Assembly: GCA_030704615.1 (NCBI GenBank)
Contig: CM060733.1
Span: 57,102,001-57,166,000 of the forward strand
Reading direction: 5' to 3'
DNA length: 64,000 bases
Origin: Takakia lepidozioides
Taxonomy: Eukaryota; Plantae; Bryophyta
Below the pieces are notes generated by a model. The model saw only the letters and a program-made list of their open reading frames with translations, was not told the origin of the DNA and did not search any database. Position numbers and translations under genes: made by a program. Below, piece by piece: positions 25,925-38,964 of the stretch. How positions within the stretch are numbered: the first letter of the stretch is position 1; every line of letters starts with the position of its first letter.

Positions 25925-28676
25925 GGAGTGCTAATAAGCCCAAAAGCAATGGCCAGCCTTTCACTGTGGCGGTAGACTGCATGTTCCTTCGTTTGCTGAT
26001 CCACATAACGCAAAACAAGGCGTGTGTCAGGCAGGTATCCTGCCTCCTTCATCTTCCTAGTCAATTTTACCAACTCAGCATAGATCTCCTCCGTTTGTGG
26101 GTGTGATCTATCTTCTACAATGAAGGTATGTATCCAACTTTTTACCTCAATCTAGCTTCACGCTGTCTCCTTTTTCACACCCCTCCTCCATCGTTTTCTT
26201 ACTTTTGTTACATCATCCCACCTGCCAGCTAAAGCATAGACATTTGAAAGGAGCACATGCACTGCAGCATTTTTTGTTTCCAACTTCCAGACACATTCTG
26301 CGAAATGTTCTGCTAGCTCCACATTACCATGGATTCTGCAGGCACCAAGCAAGGCCCCCAACACTGAAGCCCCTGGTTCAAATGGAATTCTGTTCATAAA
26401 GTCCTTTGCCTGATCCAAGAGCCCAGCCCGGCCAAGAAGGTCTACCATGCAACCATAGTGCTTTTCTGTTGGTATGATGCAGTGATCTCTAGTCATAGAA
26501 AGGAAGTAATGATGGCCTTCATCCACTAGACCCACATGGCTGCATGCAAAGAGAACACCAATGAAGGTGATGCTGTCTGGCTTCACCCCTTCCCGTTGCA
26601 TCTGTTCAAAAAGTTGGAGCGCATCCTTGCCATGCCCATTCTGAGCACAACCCGTGATCATCGCAGTCCATGAGACTGTGCTATGCTCAAGAATATTGTC
26701 AAACACCCCCTTTGCATCTCGCAGACTCCCACACTTGGCATACATGTCAATCAGAGCAGTCCCCACACAGACATCTGATTCAGATCCAGATTTGAGGATA
26801 TTGTCATGAACCTTCTTGCCCTCCTCCAGAGCTGCCAGGTGGCCGCATGCATTGAGGATGAGAATAAAAGTGACCTTGTTAGGCTTCACGCCTTCTAGTC
26901 GCATTTGACCAAACAATTCAAATGACTCAACACCAAGCCCATGCTCATCAGATCCTGCAATCATCGAGTTCCAAGAGATGATATCACGTTCAGGCATTTT
27001 CAAGAACACTTGGCGTGCATCCAGTAGGCTCCCGCACTTGCAATACATGCTGACAAGGGCGTTCCCCACTCGAACATCCGCCTCAAATCCAGCTTTGATG
27101 ATGGCTTCATGGACCCACTTGCCCTGTTCGAGAGCTACTTGAGTGGCACATGCATTGAGGATGCTGATGAAAGTGACCTTGTTGGGCTTCATGCCTTCCT
27201 GTTGCATTTGCTGAAAACGGTCGAATGCCTCTTCAACATGCCCGGTATGAGCAAGTCCTGCAATCATTGCATTCCATGAGACCACATTTCGTTGAGGCAT
27301 TTTGAAGAGCACTTGGCATGCATCCACCACACTCCCGCATTTGCAATACATGCTGACAAGGGCAGTCCCCACTTGGATGTCGGACTCAAATCCAGCTTTG
27401 ATGATGCCTGCATGAAGCCGCTTTCCCTGTGGCAGAGCTGCTGGGGTGGTACATGCCTTTAGGATGCAGATGAAAGTGACCTTGTCTGCCTTAATGCCCT
27501 CTCTTTGCATTTGCCGAAAAATTTCGAAAGCCTCCCCAACATGACCGTGCTGGGCAAATCCTGCAATAATCGCAGTCCACGAGATCACATCTCGGTTGCG
27601 AATTCCGTCAAACACTGGGCGCGCATCCCGCACACTCCCGCACTTGCAATACATGCTCACAAGGGCATTCCCCACTCGAATATCAGACTCAAATCCAGCT
27701 TCGATGATGTCCGCATGGACCCACCTACCTTGCTCCAGAGCTGCTGGGATGGTACATGCATTGAGGATGCTAACGAAAGTGCCCTTGTTGGGCGTCATGC
27801 CTTCTAGTTGCATTTCCCAAAAGAGTTCAAAGGCCTCTTCAAATTTCCCTTTCTGAACAAGTCCTGCAATCATCGCATTCCATGAGACAACATTTCGATT
27901 ACTCATTTTGAAGAACACTTCGCGCGCATTCACCACACTTCCGCACTTGCAGTACATGCTGATGAGGGCAGTCCCTAATCGGACATCTGCCTCAAATCGC
28001 GCTTTGATGATCCCCGCATGGAGCCGCCTTCCATGATCTAGCTCTGCTGGGGTCCCACATGCGTTCAGAATGCTTATGAACGTGATCTTATTTGCCTTCA
28101 CCCCTTCTCGTTGCATTTGTTCAAAGAGTGCAAATGCTCCTTCCCCAGCGCCTTGTTGGGCTAATCCTGCAATCATCACATTCCAGGAGATCACATTCCG
28201 TTGAGGCATTTTGTCGAACACTTGGCGCGCATCCACAACATTCCCACACTTCACGTACATGCTGACAAGGGTATTTCCCAAGAAGATATCAGGCTTGAAT
28301 CCACTTTTGATGATATGAGCATGGATTTCCTTGCCATCTGCAAGGGATTTCGTCTCAGCACACTCTTGCAACAGACAAGCACAGGTATCAGAATATGCTG
28401 GAAAGCCTTGTTCCTCCAGCAAATTCAAGATGTCCACAACCTTCTTGTATCGTCCGTCCTTGCACAATCTGCTTATATACCCAAGAGCTCCACAATTTTG
28501 GGCTACTTCCCCCCTCGTCTGTGCCTTCGCCCAGAAGTCGTGATGATGGTGGCCGTGGCAACAGTGATGACCTTACCCCGACACCGACACCCAACAAGCA
28601 ACTCGGTCTGACTGCTGCAGAATTGGAACTCCACCACCTTGCTTGGTAACAAAATGTGTCTGGAGACCATTGTCAT
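25925..28676 (-). pseudogene. PLS-E/E+/DYW pentatricopeptide repeat RNA-editing factor, disrupted at both ends
   Basis: The 769-aa ORF at 26158-28467 has six L-S-P-type triplets plus L2-S2-E1-E2. In frame beyond it: KKETA*S*IEV..HTFIVEDRSHPQTEEIY..MKEAGYLPDT..HSERLAIAFGLISTPP, after which the DYW domain breaks off at a poly-C run with no CxxCH. A transit-peptide-like N-terminus from the ATG at 28676 joins via a frameshift in a G run near 28510. Confidence 0.9.
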
Positions 28677-28924
28677 GGGCTCCCAAGGAATCTGTGTCGG
28701 GAGGTAGTAGCTTCTCTTGTGGACATTGCAGTCAGATGCAATGTGTAGCGACCGTGTCCGTGTGATCACTTCAGAGAGATCCGTGTCTGTGGGAGCGACT
28801 CAGACTGTGAGGCCCATTACCAACATATCTCCATCTCCAGCTCTCCTGCTTTGGTGGGATATTGTCTACTACCGTAGTGGGAGGATCAAGAGAGGGAGTC
28901 CACAATACCTCTTCTGGCACTTCT

Positions 28925-29077
28925 GGGCATGTCAAGATGCTTTGTGAGGCAGGCAGACAAGAGGCTCTACAGACTTTAAACCAAGGAGGCATTTCAGCAG
29001 ATTCAGATACGTATGTCTGTCTCTTGCATAAGTGCATCAAGATGAAAGGCCTGGAAGCTGGAAAGCAGGTGATACAC
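28925..29077 (+). pseudogene. N-terminal fragment of a second, divergent PPR gene
   Basis: HVKMLCEAGRQEALQTLNQGGISADSDTYVCLLHKCIKMKGLEAGKQVIH (pre-PPR helix plus first L motif), followed by unrelated sequence. Confidence 0.7.
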
Positions 29078-29979
29078 TGTGAGGGGGTAAATTCCCAAAC
29101 ATGGTATATATAATTAAAACAGTACCATTCATGAATACTAAAACTTTATCACACTGACCATAACTACCCGACATCTTTCACAGAAGGCCCTGACTAGTTT
29201 ACAACACATAAGCCCTGAGTAAAAGAATGGTCCAACATATTAGTACCTTCTATGGTCTCTTTGTGATGCTCCCTGAAATTTTTACAAGACATAAACACTG
29301 CTTACCAATCAAAGGTGGATCTAATCAATGGGTTCAATAAGGTCATTTGAATCCTCAATATATGAATCCACCACCTGCTCTCCTGCGCCCTCATTGATTC
29401 GATCACTTATAACCTTCAGAATTGGTTTCCTCGTCAGGCTCTCATCCTTGTTATGCCTAAGATACTCATTGGCTTCCTCAGCAATTTCTAGTACAAGCCC
29501 AAACTTACTATTAGACTGCTCCAGTAAAATCTCAGCATCCACCAGGATCTGCTTGTTTGCCTCTAACCACATTCGCTCTTGTGTTTCCAGGAAGGGCAAC
29601 ATCTGTTCCTTCTCCTCTAATTTGGGATCTCTCCTTCCCTGATCACAACAAGAGAAGCAAATGTGCTATACAAATAAATTGGTTGTCAAAGTACCAGAGT
29701 CTCTCTCTCTCTCGCTCGTGTTTCCAGGAAGGGCAACGTCTGTTCCTTCTCCTCTAATTTGGGATCTTACCTACCCTGATCACAACAAGAGAAGCAAATG
29801 TGCTATACAAATAAATTGGTTGTCAATGAGTCTCTCTCTCTCTCTCTCTCTCTCGCTCTTGTGTTTCCAGGAAGGGCAACGTCTGTTCCTTCTCCTCTAA
29901 TTTGGGATCCTACCTACCCTGATCACAACAAGAGAAGCAAATGTGCTATACAAATAAATTGGTTGTCAAAGTACCATTG

Positions 29980-30013
<34 letters not shown>

Positions 30014-31260
30014 CTGTGTCACACACACCGCACACTCATATTTAAAGAGGAAGGAAAGAAGACCCAAATATTCGAGGGAGGTTGCCAGGTCTGATATACT
30101 ACAGCATTCAAGGGCTCACACTTTCTCAAAACCCCAACACTTCCAGTGATGTCGTTTTATACTCACCGATTGCCGACCCCTTCTTTTGCTCCCAATTCCT
30201 TCTCCACTTTTACATTCGATCCTCATTAGACCTCCAGCTCCAAAGCAATGGGAGGAGAGTAGGACCCTTGAACCAGTGCCTTTTGAAGCACGAGCAGGTG
30301 CCTCCAGCGCATTGTTGAAAGAAGGGATTGACAGCAGAGCTCCATTTCGCATAGCTGCCATTATGAGATCGAAAACTAAAACCCTGAGCCCTAATGCTTG
30401 ACCTGTTACTACCGGTAACGGAAGCAAATCCAGACGCAATGGTTCCTTTCCCTCTCTCAAGCACAGGTGAAGCTCTGCCTCAGCCGTAGGAGTTGTAAGC
30501 ACGATGGTGGAGAAGGGCATGAGGTGGTCACCCGCGAGTACACCATTAATCTTCACAAGAGACTACACTGCTGGTATTTTTTCTCTTTCCTCTTCACGCA
30601 ACCCCTTTGTGGGTTGCGGGTGACCTCTTAGTCACGGGAACTAGATAGTTTCTTTCTGCAATAAGAAAGGGGGGCTGGGAGGCTGGTGATACACTCGTAC
30701 TTCTTTCTCCGTAACGGATCCAAGAGACTCTGCATCATGCCGTGTGCATCTAATTGATGACTCGCTCATTGTAGGGCATGGTAGGGCAGGTGATTTGAGG
30801 ACCGTGGATAACATAAAGAATGAGTTCAAGCTGAATGATGTCTTCTAATAAGAATCCATGGAGTCTCCTACCTTTGATCTCTTAAATATCTCCGGCCGTC
30901 CTCCATTTAACCTCTGCCTGGTGTTTCACTCGTCCGTTGCTGTTCCAAATCTGAACCTGTATCTTTGTCCTTCTCTCGTTTCCTTCGTGGCTAATTACAC
31001 GAAGGCAAGCTTTCTATGTCCTGTCTGCTTATAATAGAAGCAGACTTCTTCACCCACGGGTCCTCGACCTGGTCTCTTCTTAGGGCTCTGTGTGTTCTGG
31101 CCTATTGTTTCTCTGGTAGTGATTCCGATCATGCTGGTAGTGATTCTTTTAGGAATGGTGGGTAGGCTTAAGAGCTTCCTACGGAGGATACCTGCATTAT
31201 GCAAATCTGCAGCCCGTTTCAATCCTGGATGGGGTTAGTTCATTGTGTTTAACTTTTCCG
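29078..31260 (-). mobile_element. Degenerate retroelement-like relic (gag zinc-knuckle and protease-like pieces)
   Basis: EEVCFYYKQTGHRKL (decayed CCHC knuckle) at ~31010-31050, followed by short ORFs. It interrupts the PPR fragment. Boundaries are approximate. Confidence 0.35.
29574..30010. repeat. Tandem repeat, 3 units of ~135-145 bp, each ending in (CT)n
   Basis: gtgtttccaggaagggcaac...cctgatcacaacaagagaagcaaatgtgctatacaaataaattggttgtcaa...ctctct, repeated three times. Confidence 0.9.
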
Positions 31261-31934
31261 TCTGCAATTGAGCACTCCAGGGCACTGCGACTTCCATTCA
31301 GAGAAGATGATAGTGAATGTCATGTCACATTTACATGCATTTTCCATCTCATCATATTCCTGATAGAAACATAATTCTTAAAAGCTATATATCAAATCAG
31401 CAGTAGGCATTGTTAGAGAGGGACATCCTCTTGGATGTGCCGGAGGGTGTTTTCGTGTTATCTAGGCGACATTTTTTGCCACCCTGTGGAGCTTGGATGC
31501 AGGTGACAAACCAAGTGTTCCGACATGCCAAGCACACTGGCGCAGGCTAGATCAATAAGCCAAAAATGAGGCACTATGTACACTGCTAGGCGCTGCATTG
31601 CCTGGACATGGAGCAGTCAAATGCCCTGAGGAAACTGTACAAGGAGCGGGGCAAGAATGTTGGGGCGTGGTGGCAGGCATGCTATTGGCCTCTAGTCAAT
31701 ATGGCTAGGGCCAATGGATGGGACATCGAAGGCCTATTTAATAGAAATGAGAAGCTCCGTATCTGGTATGTGCCAACCAAGCTCCGGCAATTGTGCCATG
31801 TAGAAAGAATCAAACTTGGAGAGTAGATGAAGTTTTGTAGTCAATTTTGGTAGGGGATAAGCTGCGGGCAAATCTGTACTCAGTTCATGAGGCAAATCGA
31901 ATGCTTTCCTTACCAGATTCTCTTTTCCTGCCAG

Positions 31935-32060
31935 GGAAAGATCTTGTCGACAAGGGACCTGTGCCACCCCACTCAAGTGCCATCTACATATGCAACCTGC
32001 CCCCCCGCACAGATGAAGCCTTGCTGGCTGACCACTTGGGGCAAAATTGGTGTCCTGAAG
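31935..32060 (+). pseudogene. TAF15: Isolated exon of a TAF15/FET-like RRM protein
   Basis: ag|GKDLVDKGPVPPHSSAIYICNLPPRTDEALLADHLG/KIGVLK|gt resembles the plant TAF15 RRM start (VYVxNLPxGTDExMLAxYFGTIGLLK). One frameshift. Confidence 0.55.
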
Positions 32061-33329
32061 GTGTTTTCTGTCAGCCCTCTTTCTGCTTGGAAAGAAGTCA
32101 TAGCCAGAGTCCTTTTGGTCATCTCTCTCTCGCTTTCTCAACTCTCTCTGAAGAGCTTCGACGAACTGAAATCTTTCATGGCTGAAGGCAACCCCCTACT
32201 ACTACAAGCCTTTGGCAATGATAGCAGCCTCAGTTCCTGTCCTTGCATTTGACCCAGACAGGGGCAATGGCCACAAGGCTTGACAGATATATTCTGGGGA
32301 AACGTCATCTCTCTTTCTCACTCATACATACACATAATCCTACTGGTAAAAAGTGATGCCACATGTCCTATGCGTGGAGTTGATTGTGAGGATACCAAAT
32401 TTTTTTTGGAAGTATCTGAATGATTACCCTGCCATCAATTGTCTGTTCCAAGGTAATTCATACTACCGGTGTCAGCCCCTGACAAAGGTAGTTTCTGTCC
32501 CTTTGTGTTCCACTAAAACTGACCGTGGGGTGGTCACAAGGCTACAGCAAACAATGTCTTATGAGTACATTCTCGAAATTTAAACTGAGGGCGGGGAGCC
32601 TACCTTGAACCAAAAAACAGATGCAGAGAGAAAAGGGAGATTGTAAATGTGTGAGCAGCCTGAAGACAATATCCACTTTTTCATCCATTGTCCAGGGTAT
32701 TCTCACCAGAGCCTAAAGCCCTGGCCCTGTTGTGGTCTAATTGCTTGTGTGCAGGGCTTTCTAGAGCATATCTGGAAAGCCGGAACTAATTGTTTATATC
32801 AAGGTAAGCGCCACCACCAGAGTGAGCCCCTCACAAAGGTATTTAATATGGGAAAATGCACATAAAATTAATAATAATAATCATATGGGAAATAATTCCC
32901 TTTAAAAAAAGAGAAATAGTATAACATATAATTATTATACTATATATAATACTAATTATAATAAAATTATTAATGTCATATGGGGAAATTATTTTAAAAA
33001 CTGCACCTGCTCACCGTAGCCAGCCACCCTGCATACCTTATGAATTCTGAATGATAATTTGGATGACCATTTGAAAAACGTGGATGAACAACCCTGAAAA
33101 GCTCGGTTATGTACGGTATTTCACCATGGCTCACCTGGCTGCGGGCTTCCACACTATCGTGTGCCACGCTACAGCCGTGGCCAGGCTCATCTTGGTGGAT
33201 ACCTAGTCCATAGTTATAACTTGCAAGGAGGTGGACGATCCTTGTGCGCGTTCACTTGTTTAGTCTATATAGACCACATATCTGTAGATGGGAATGGGAA
33301 TGCATCCAATATAGGGATGGACGGAGTAT

Positions 33330-33830
33330 AGTTAAACCAAAGCCGAAGCTGGGAGTTATTCACTCATCTCATCAGTCATTTGACACAGGAAAAAGTCTAA
33401 TTGGCCTGCCACCTGTGTATACGGGGCTTGGATGCTTCACAACTGACTTGGTGACTTGGTGTTATAGTGCGCTATCGCTTACCATAGCACATACTGTTGT
33501 TATAAACATGCCACGACCCAATTAATGTTTGGATGTTTTTCTTGCCAGTGCTGAATGCCCTCTTGATGCATTCAGTGCTGAATTCCCTCTTGTTTGGCCT
33601 CTAGTTCAGACCTACTTGAGTGTGTTGTCGTTGATGTGACTTACCCATTCACTTTTCCCTTGTATACTCATGACACATAACATAGACTGATGATCACTAA
33701 TTATGACTATGGGAGAGCCCATTTGGCGCTGCCTTCCCTGGCCACACAACGCATGTAGAATGCCACACTTCTTTGAGAAGTGCTGATTGCAACCATCACC
33801 AACGTCGCTGCCACACTGTCTGATTAAAAT
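33330..33830. repeat. Inverted duplicate of 44340-44700
   Basis: 33612-33830 reverse-complements to 44340-44550 (catagactgatgatcactaattatgactatg / catagtcataattagtgatcatcagtctatg). Confidence 0.8.
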
Positions 33831-34256
33831 ATTATATTTATAACAGTAGCTGACTAATTTAGCATTCACAATCTACACAATAGTATCAATTGGACGTGTA
33901 GCTCATTAATGGACATCAGATATGGATATGAATCTACCCATGAAATCTATAGAACAACATATTAAGCAAATTAGTGTGGTTCTAATAAACCTGCATGAGA
34001 CCTGAATCATACCTCATTCATTCTAGATATAACAGACTTGTTTTTAAAGTGAATATATGATGAGAGTCTGAACAAGTCTACAGTTAAATATTCAAACCCA
34101 CCATCAATATCACTCCCAAAACACACTCACCACATCAGGTCTGTCCGGCTTTTATAATTTGTCCCTGGGAACTCATTGATATCACCAGACGGCACATTGT
34201 GAGTAGCATGATGCTGAGCTGATGCTACAGCTAGGATGACGAGGTTGAGCCAAAAC

Positions 34257-34563
34257 TGTTGGAAGTAATTAAACATATCTAGAAGACTAAGAGTCTTGAA
34301 GGCCAAAGGTTTAGAAGTCTAAGAGACTATCTTGTTTAACTCACTTTTGGAAGGTGAATGGCTAGAAGGTGGATGGTCACCATAGTGGAAGTGGAAGTGA
34401 CCAAGTAGGACTTTCTAGAGACCTTCTTGTACAAGCTCGGGCGTGAAGCCACTAGTCTAAGTGTAAGAGTATGATGGTGGCTTCTATGGTTGGGAGGAGA
34501 GCTTTAGTTTTAGCTTTAGTCTAAGACTTTAGTTCTTGTTTATGTTCTTGCTCAATTCTAACA
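34257..34563 (+). repeat. Copia 5' LTR
   Basis: Matches 38658-38964, with 3 substitutions seen. Confidence 0.95.
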
Positions 34564-34575
34564 TGGTATCAGAGC
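34564..34575 (+). promoter_or_regulatory. Primer binding site, tRNA-iMet
   Basis: TGGTATCAGAGC directly after the LTR. Confidence 0.95.
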
Positions 34576-34624
34576 CATTCTTCTCTAGGTGAGAGTTGGT
34601 AGTTGAGATTGAGAGAACTTGATT

Positions 34625-37600
34625 ATGGCTGGAGCGTCATCTTCTAACAATCCTCCTTCTATGTCTATGACGAGTGCATTAGATGTGAGAGTGGAAGATC
34701 GATTCAATGGAGCTAACTATCAAACCTGGAAGTTTAGGATGGAAATGGTACTTCTAGACAAAGATCTATGGGGAGTGGTTGATGGATCAGTCCCAAGACC
34801 TGACACTATTGTTGGCCAAGCCATATGGGATAGGAAAGATCAGAAAGCAAGAGCTAGCATCATCACAAGCTTGAGAGACAATCAGTTGCATCTCATTATA
34901 AGTGCTAAGAATGCTAAGGATGTTTGGGACAAGCTAGCAAGCATATATGAGACGAAGGATGTCACATCGCAAGTGTATGCGACACAAAAGTTCTATGGTC
35001 TGAAGATGACCGAGTCAGACTCAGTTGAACAATACTTGAATTTGTTTTGTGTGTTGCGAGATCAACTAGTCTCTGTGGGAACTAATGTGACTGATGAACA
35101 CGTCGCAGTGGTGTTATTGGCAACCTTACCTGAATCCTATGATGGTTTTGTGGTGTCTCTAGCAGGACAAACCAACTTAACTATTGATGTTGTCATATGA
35201 CTTCTCCTCAAGGAGGAAACACGAAGAAAAGGTCAAGGTACGTCTACAGAGATAGACAGAGCTTTGTTCACAGGCAAGACTGGAGTAGTCTTGAATAGAA
35301 GACTCCCTTCACATATGTCTCAAAAGTCCCAGAGGTTTCAGAAATCTCAATCTAGCTCAAAGATCAAAAAGCCAAAGTAAGGTGCTTTTATTGCAAGAAA
35401 CTTGGTCACATGATCAAGGATTGTAGAAAGCGCATTGCAGATGAGCGCAGCAGAGATGGTCAAGGGAACATAGCTACTCATCAGAGGAACGTTATTCTAT
35501 TTGTTGTGTCTCTCTCAGCCACTACTAGACAGAAGCATGTGTGGTATGTTGATTCAGGAGCATCTCAACATATGAGTTCAGAGAGAGAGCATTTATTATC
35601 CTATAGATCTCTTTCACCTACACAATATGTTCTTTTGGGAGATGATAGCAAGCATGTCATTAGTGGGGAAGGCTCAGTCTCTCTTATGCTCAATGAAGGG
35701 GAAACCATAGAGGTGAAAAATGTCCTATATGTCTCTACTTTAACAAAGAACCTGCTGTCGGTAAGGCAAATTGTTGCAAAGGAATACAGAGTGGTATTCC
35801 AAGATGAGAGTTGTACTATCACAGATAGCTCAGGAGCTGTGGTAGCAAAAGTTATTCTTGATAATCGCTTGTATAGATTACAACATCATGTCTTTAGTGC
35901 TCTTACCACATTTTCACCACAGTTGGGATCTACATATGTTATGTCAGAAATAGAGTTGTGGCATAGAAGGTTAGGTCATGTGAGCATTAAGAAGTTGAGA
36001 CAGATGCAACTCTCAAGCCATCTTGTGGAAGGACTACCATTGAAGGAGATGAGCGATATGCGTCTATGCAAAGGTTGCTTGGAAGGGAAGCAACATCGAG
36101 GTCAATTTCCTAAGGATGGTGGACGAAGAGCCACAAATATATTAGAGATTGTACATTCTGATGTGTGCGGGCCAATGCAAACCACATCACTTGGAAGAGC
36201 AAGGTACTTTGTGACATTCATTGATGATTTGTCAAGGAGGATTGTGGTGAATCTCCTAAGGCAGAAAAGTCAAGTGCTAGAGAAATTCAAGGAGTTCAAA
36301 GTACTTGAAGAAAAACAAACTGGAAAGCCTCTTAAGATTTTGAGATCTGACAATGGTGGTGAGTACATCTCAAAGGCTTTCAATCAGTTTTGTCAAGAGA
36401 ATTGAATAGCTCGACAGCTTACTGTTCCATATACACCTAAGCATAATGGTGTAGCTGAGCGGATGAATAGATCACTACAAGAATCTGCAAGGAGTATGTT
36501 GAAAGAAGTGAATCTTTCAAATCGTTTTTGGGCAGAAGCTGTTGGCACTGCAGCATATCTTCACAACAGAATACCTACCAAATCAGTGTTGGGAAAAACA
36601 CCAGAAGAGGTATGGAGTGGTCAGAAGCCTAGTGTGGCTCATTGTAGGATTTTTGGATGTCATGCATATGTCCATATCCCTACTCAGAAGCGAAAGAAAC
36701 TTGACTCCAAATCAAAAGGATGCATCTTCATTGGCTACACAGAAGGTGTGAAGGGATATAAGTTGTTCAATAAGACAACTAAGGCTGTCAAACACAGTAG
36801 GGACGTAGTGTTTGATGAAGGCTTCATACCCTCTTTGGTAGTGGGAGAAGATGACATGGGAATGAGCTTAGAGCCATTACACCATTTCCAAGAGGAGTCT
36901 TATGAGGAGCCAATACAAGAGATGGCTGAAGCAAATGATGGAGGTGTTCAATTTGATGGAGTTGATCAAGGAGTCGAAGTTGGTGAACCACTTGTTGATA
37001 TGGGAGATGAAGTTGAAGATGTGCCAATTCTAAGGAGATCTCAGCGAGAAAGAAAAGCTCATAGTAGGCTGATTACATCTATGAGGAAGCGATGCGCTCT
37101 CTAGACAAACTACAATGGGAAGAAACAATCAACTCAGAGTTGGATTCATTGATGCAAAATAAAGCATGGACACTCACTAAGTTAGCAATTGGTTGCAAGT
37201 GGATCTTCAAGTTGAAGTACAAAGCTGATGGATCTATTTACCGGTACAAAGCTCGTCTTGTAGCTAAAGGCTATGCACAAATTCAAGGAGTGGATTACAA
37301 TGAAACTTTCTCACCAATGGTGAAGATTTCTTCTATCAGAGTGTTGTTAGCTCTTGCAGCTCAACGTGATCACGAAGTTTATCAAATGGATGTTAAGACG
37401 ATATTTCGAATGGAGAACTACAAGAAGAGATCTACATGAGACAACCTGAAGGGTTTGTACAACGAGGAAGTGATATTGTGTGTAAGCTGCAAAAGAGTTT
37501 GTATGGACTCAAACAAAGTCCTCGAGCTTGGTATGCCAGGATCGATGCTTACCTCTTAAAGGCAAGATTTGAGCGAAGCATTGCTGACACAAACATCTAT

Positions 37601-38636
37601 GTGAAAAAGATGGGCGAGCAATTTGTGGTCATAACTCTATATGTGGATGACACAATCATTGTCACCAACGATCATCAAAGGTTGTTGCTAGAAACCAAAG
37701 CATTGTTGAGTGCTGAGTTTGCCATGACTGACATGGGTGAGATTCGGTTCTGTCTTGGTATTCAAATCAGCAGAGATCGAGTGAACCATACAATATTCAT
37801 GCATCAACGACAATACATTGAGACAATTCTACAAAGGTTTAAGTTGGAGATGAGTAAGCCAACATCAACTCCTCTCGAAGTTGGTTTGAAACTTACGAAA
37901 GATATGACACCTAAGACTCAAGAAGAGCAAGAAGATATGAAGAAAACTCCTTATTAAAAGCGCAGTCGGCAATTTGATGTATTGCATGGTTTGTACTATG
38001 CCAGACATTGCACATTCAGTGGGAGTGGTCTCACAATTTCTTTCAAATCCCGGACAAACCCATTGGAAAGCAGTGAAGAGGATATTTCGATATCTAAGAG
38101 GAACATCAACCTCTGGTCTACTCTACAAGAGAGTGGAAGATCCAAGTTTGTTGGGGTTTGCTGATGCTGACTGGGCAGGAGACGTTGATAGTAAAAAATC
38201 AACTTCAGGCCATTGTTTTCTCATAGCAGGTGGAGCTGTATCTTGGTCTAGCAAACGACAAGTTGCAACAGCGTTGTCATCAACAGAAGCTGAATACATG
38301 TCCATTACACGAGCAGCAAAAAAGGCTATTTGGTTACGGAAGTTGCTTGGAGATTTGGATCATCTCCAATCACTACCTACGACTCTCTATTGTGACAATC
38401 AAAGTGCGATTGCACTAAGTCAGAATCCGAAGTATCATTCAAGGACGAAACACATTGAAGTGCAACATCACTACATACGGGAAGTTGTATGCAAAGGAGA
38501 GATCAAGGTGATCTATTGTGCTACATGAGATATGGTTGCGGATGTTTTGACGAAGAGTCTACCACAAACAAAACATATGAAATGTTCAGCCTTACTTGGT
38601 GTCTCTTCTCCAAAGACAAACGAAGTAGCTCAATGA
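34625..38636 (+). pseudogene. Copia gag-pol polyprotein with stops and frameshifts
   Basis: NYQTWKFRM (gag), WYVDSGASQHM (protease), LWHRRLGH...CKGC (GAG-pre-integrase), VHSDVCGP...LRSDNGGEY...GVAER (integrase), YKARLVAKG, LYGLKQSPR, LYVDD (RT), ADADWAG, SSTEAEY, CDNQSAI (RNase H). Confidence 0.95.
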
Positions 38637-38657
38637 TATGGTTTAATTGAGTGGGAG

Positions 38658-38964
38658 TGTTGGAAGTAATTAAACATATCTAGAAGACTAAGAGTCTTGA
38701 AGGCCAAAGGTTTAAAAGTCTAAGAGACTATCTTGTTTAACTCACTTTTGGAAGGTGAATGGCTAGAAGGTGGATGGTCACCATAGTGGAAGTGGAAGTG
38801 ACCAAGTAGGACTTTCTAGAGACCTTCTTGCACAAGCTCGGGGGTGAAGCCACTAGTCTAAGTGTAAGAGTATGATGGTGGCTTCTATGGTTGGGAGGAG
38901 AGCTTTAGTTTTAGCTTTAGTCTAAGACTTTAGTTCTTGTTTATGTTCTTGCTCAATTCTAACA
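38658..38964 (+). repeat. Copia 3' LTR
   Basis: Preceded by the PPT and followed by TSD AAAAC. Confidence 0.95.

Larger units (their letters stand above)
34257..38964 (+). mobile_element. Full-length Ty1/Copia LTR retrotransposon (defective)
   Basis: 307-bp LTRs (TGTT...AACA), 5-bp TSD AAAAC at 34252-34256 and 38965-38969, PBS TGGTATCAGAGC (tRNA-iMet), PPT gagtgggag, and gag-PR-IN-RT-RH domain order. Confidence 0.97.

Noticed and set aside
26140-26165. Stops repaired by U-to-C editing, or a U-to-C (KP-type) DYW factor
   Set aside because: This is a nuclear gene, TAG in place of TGG cannot be repaired by U-to-C editing, and the HSERLA and SWIEV-like motifs fit the standard C-to-U type.
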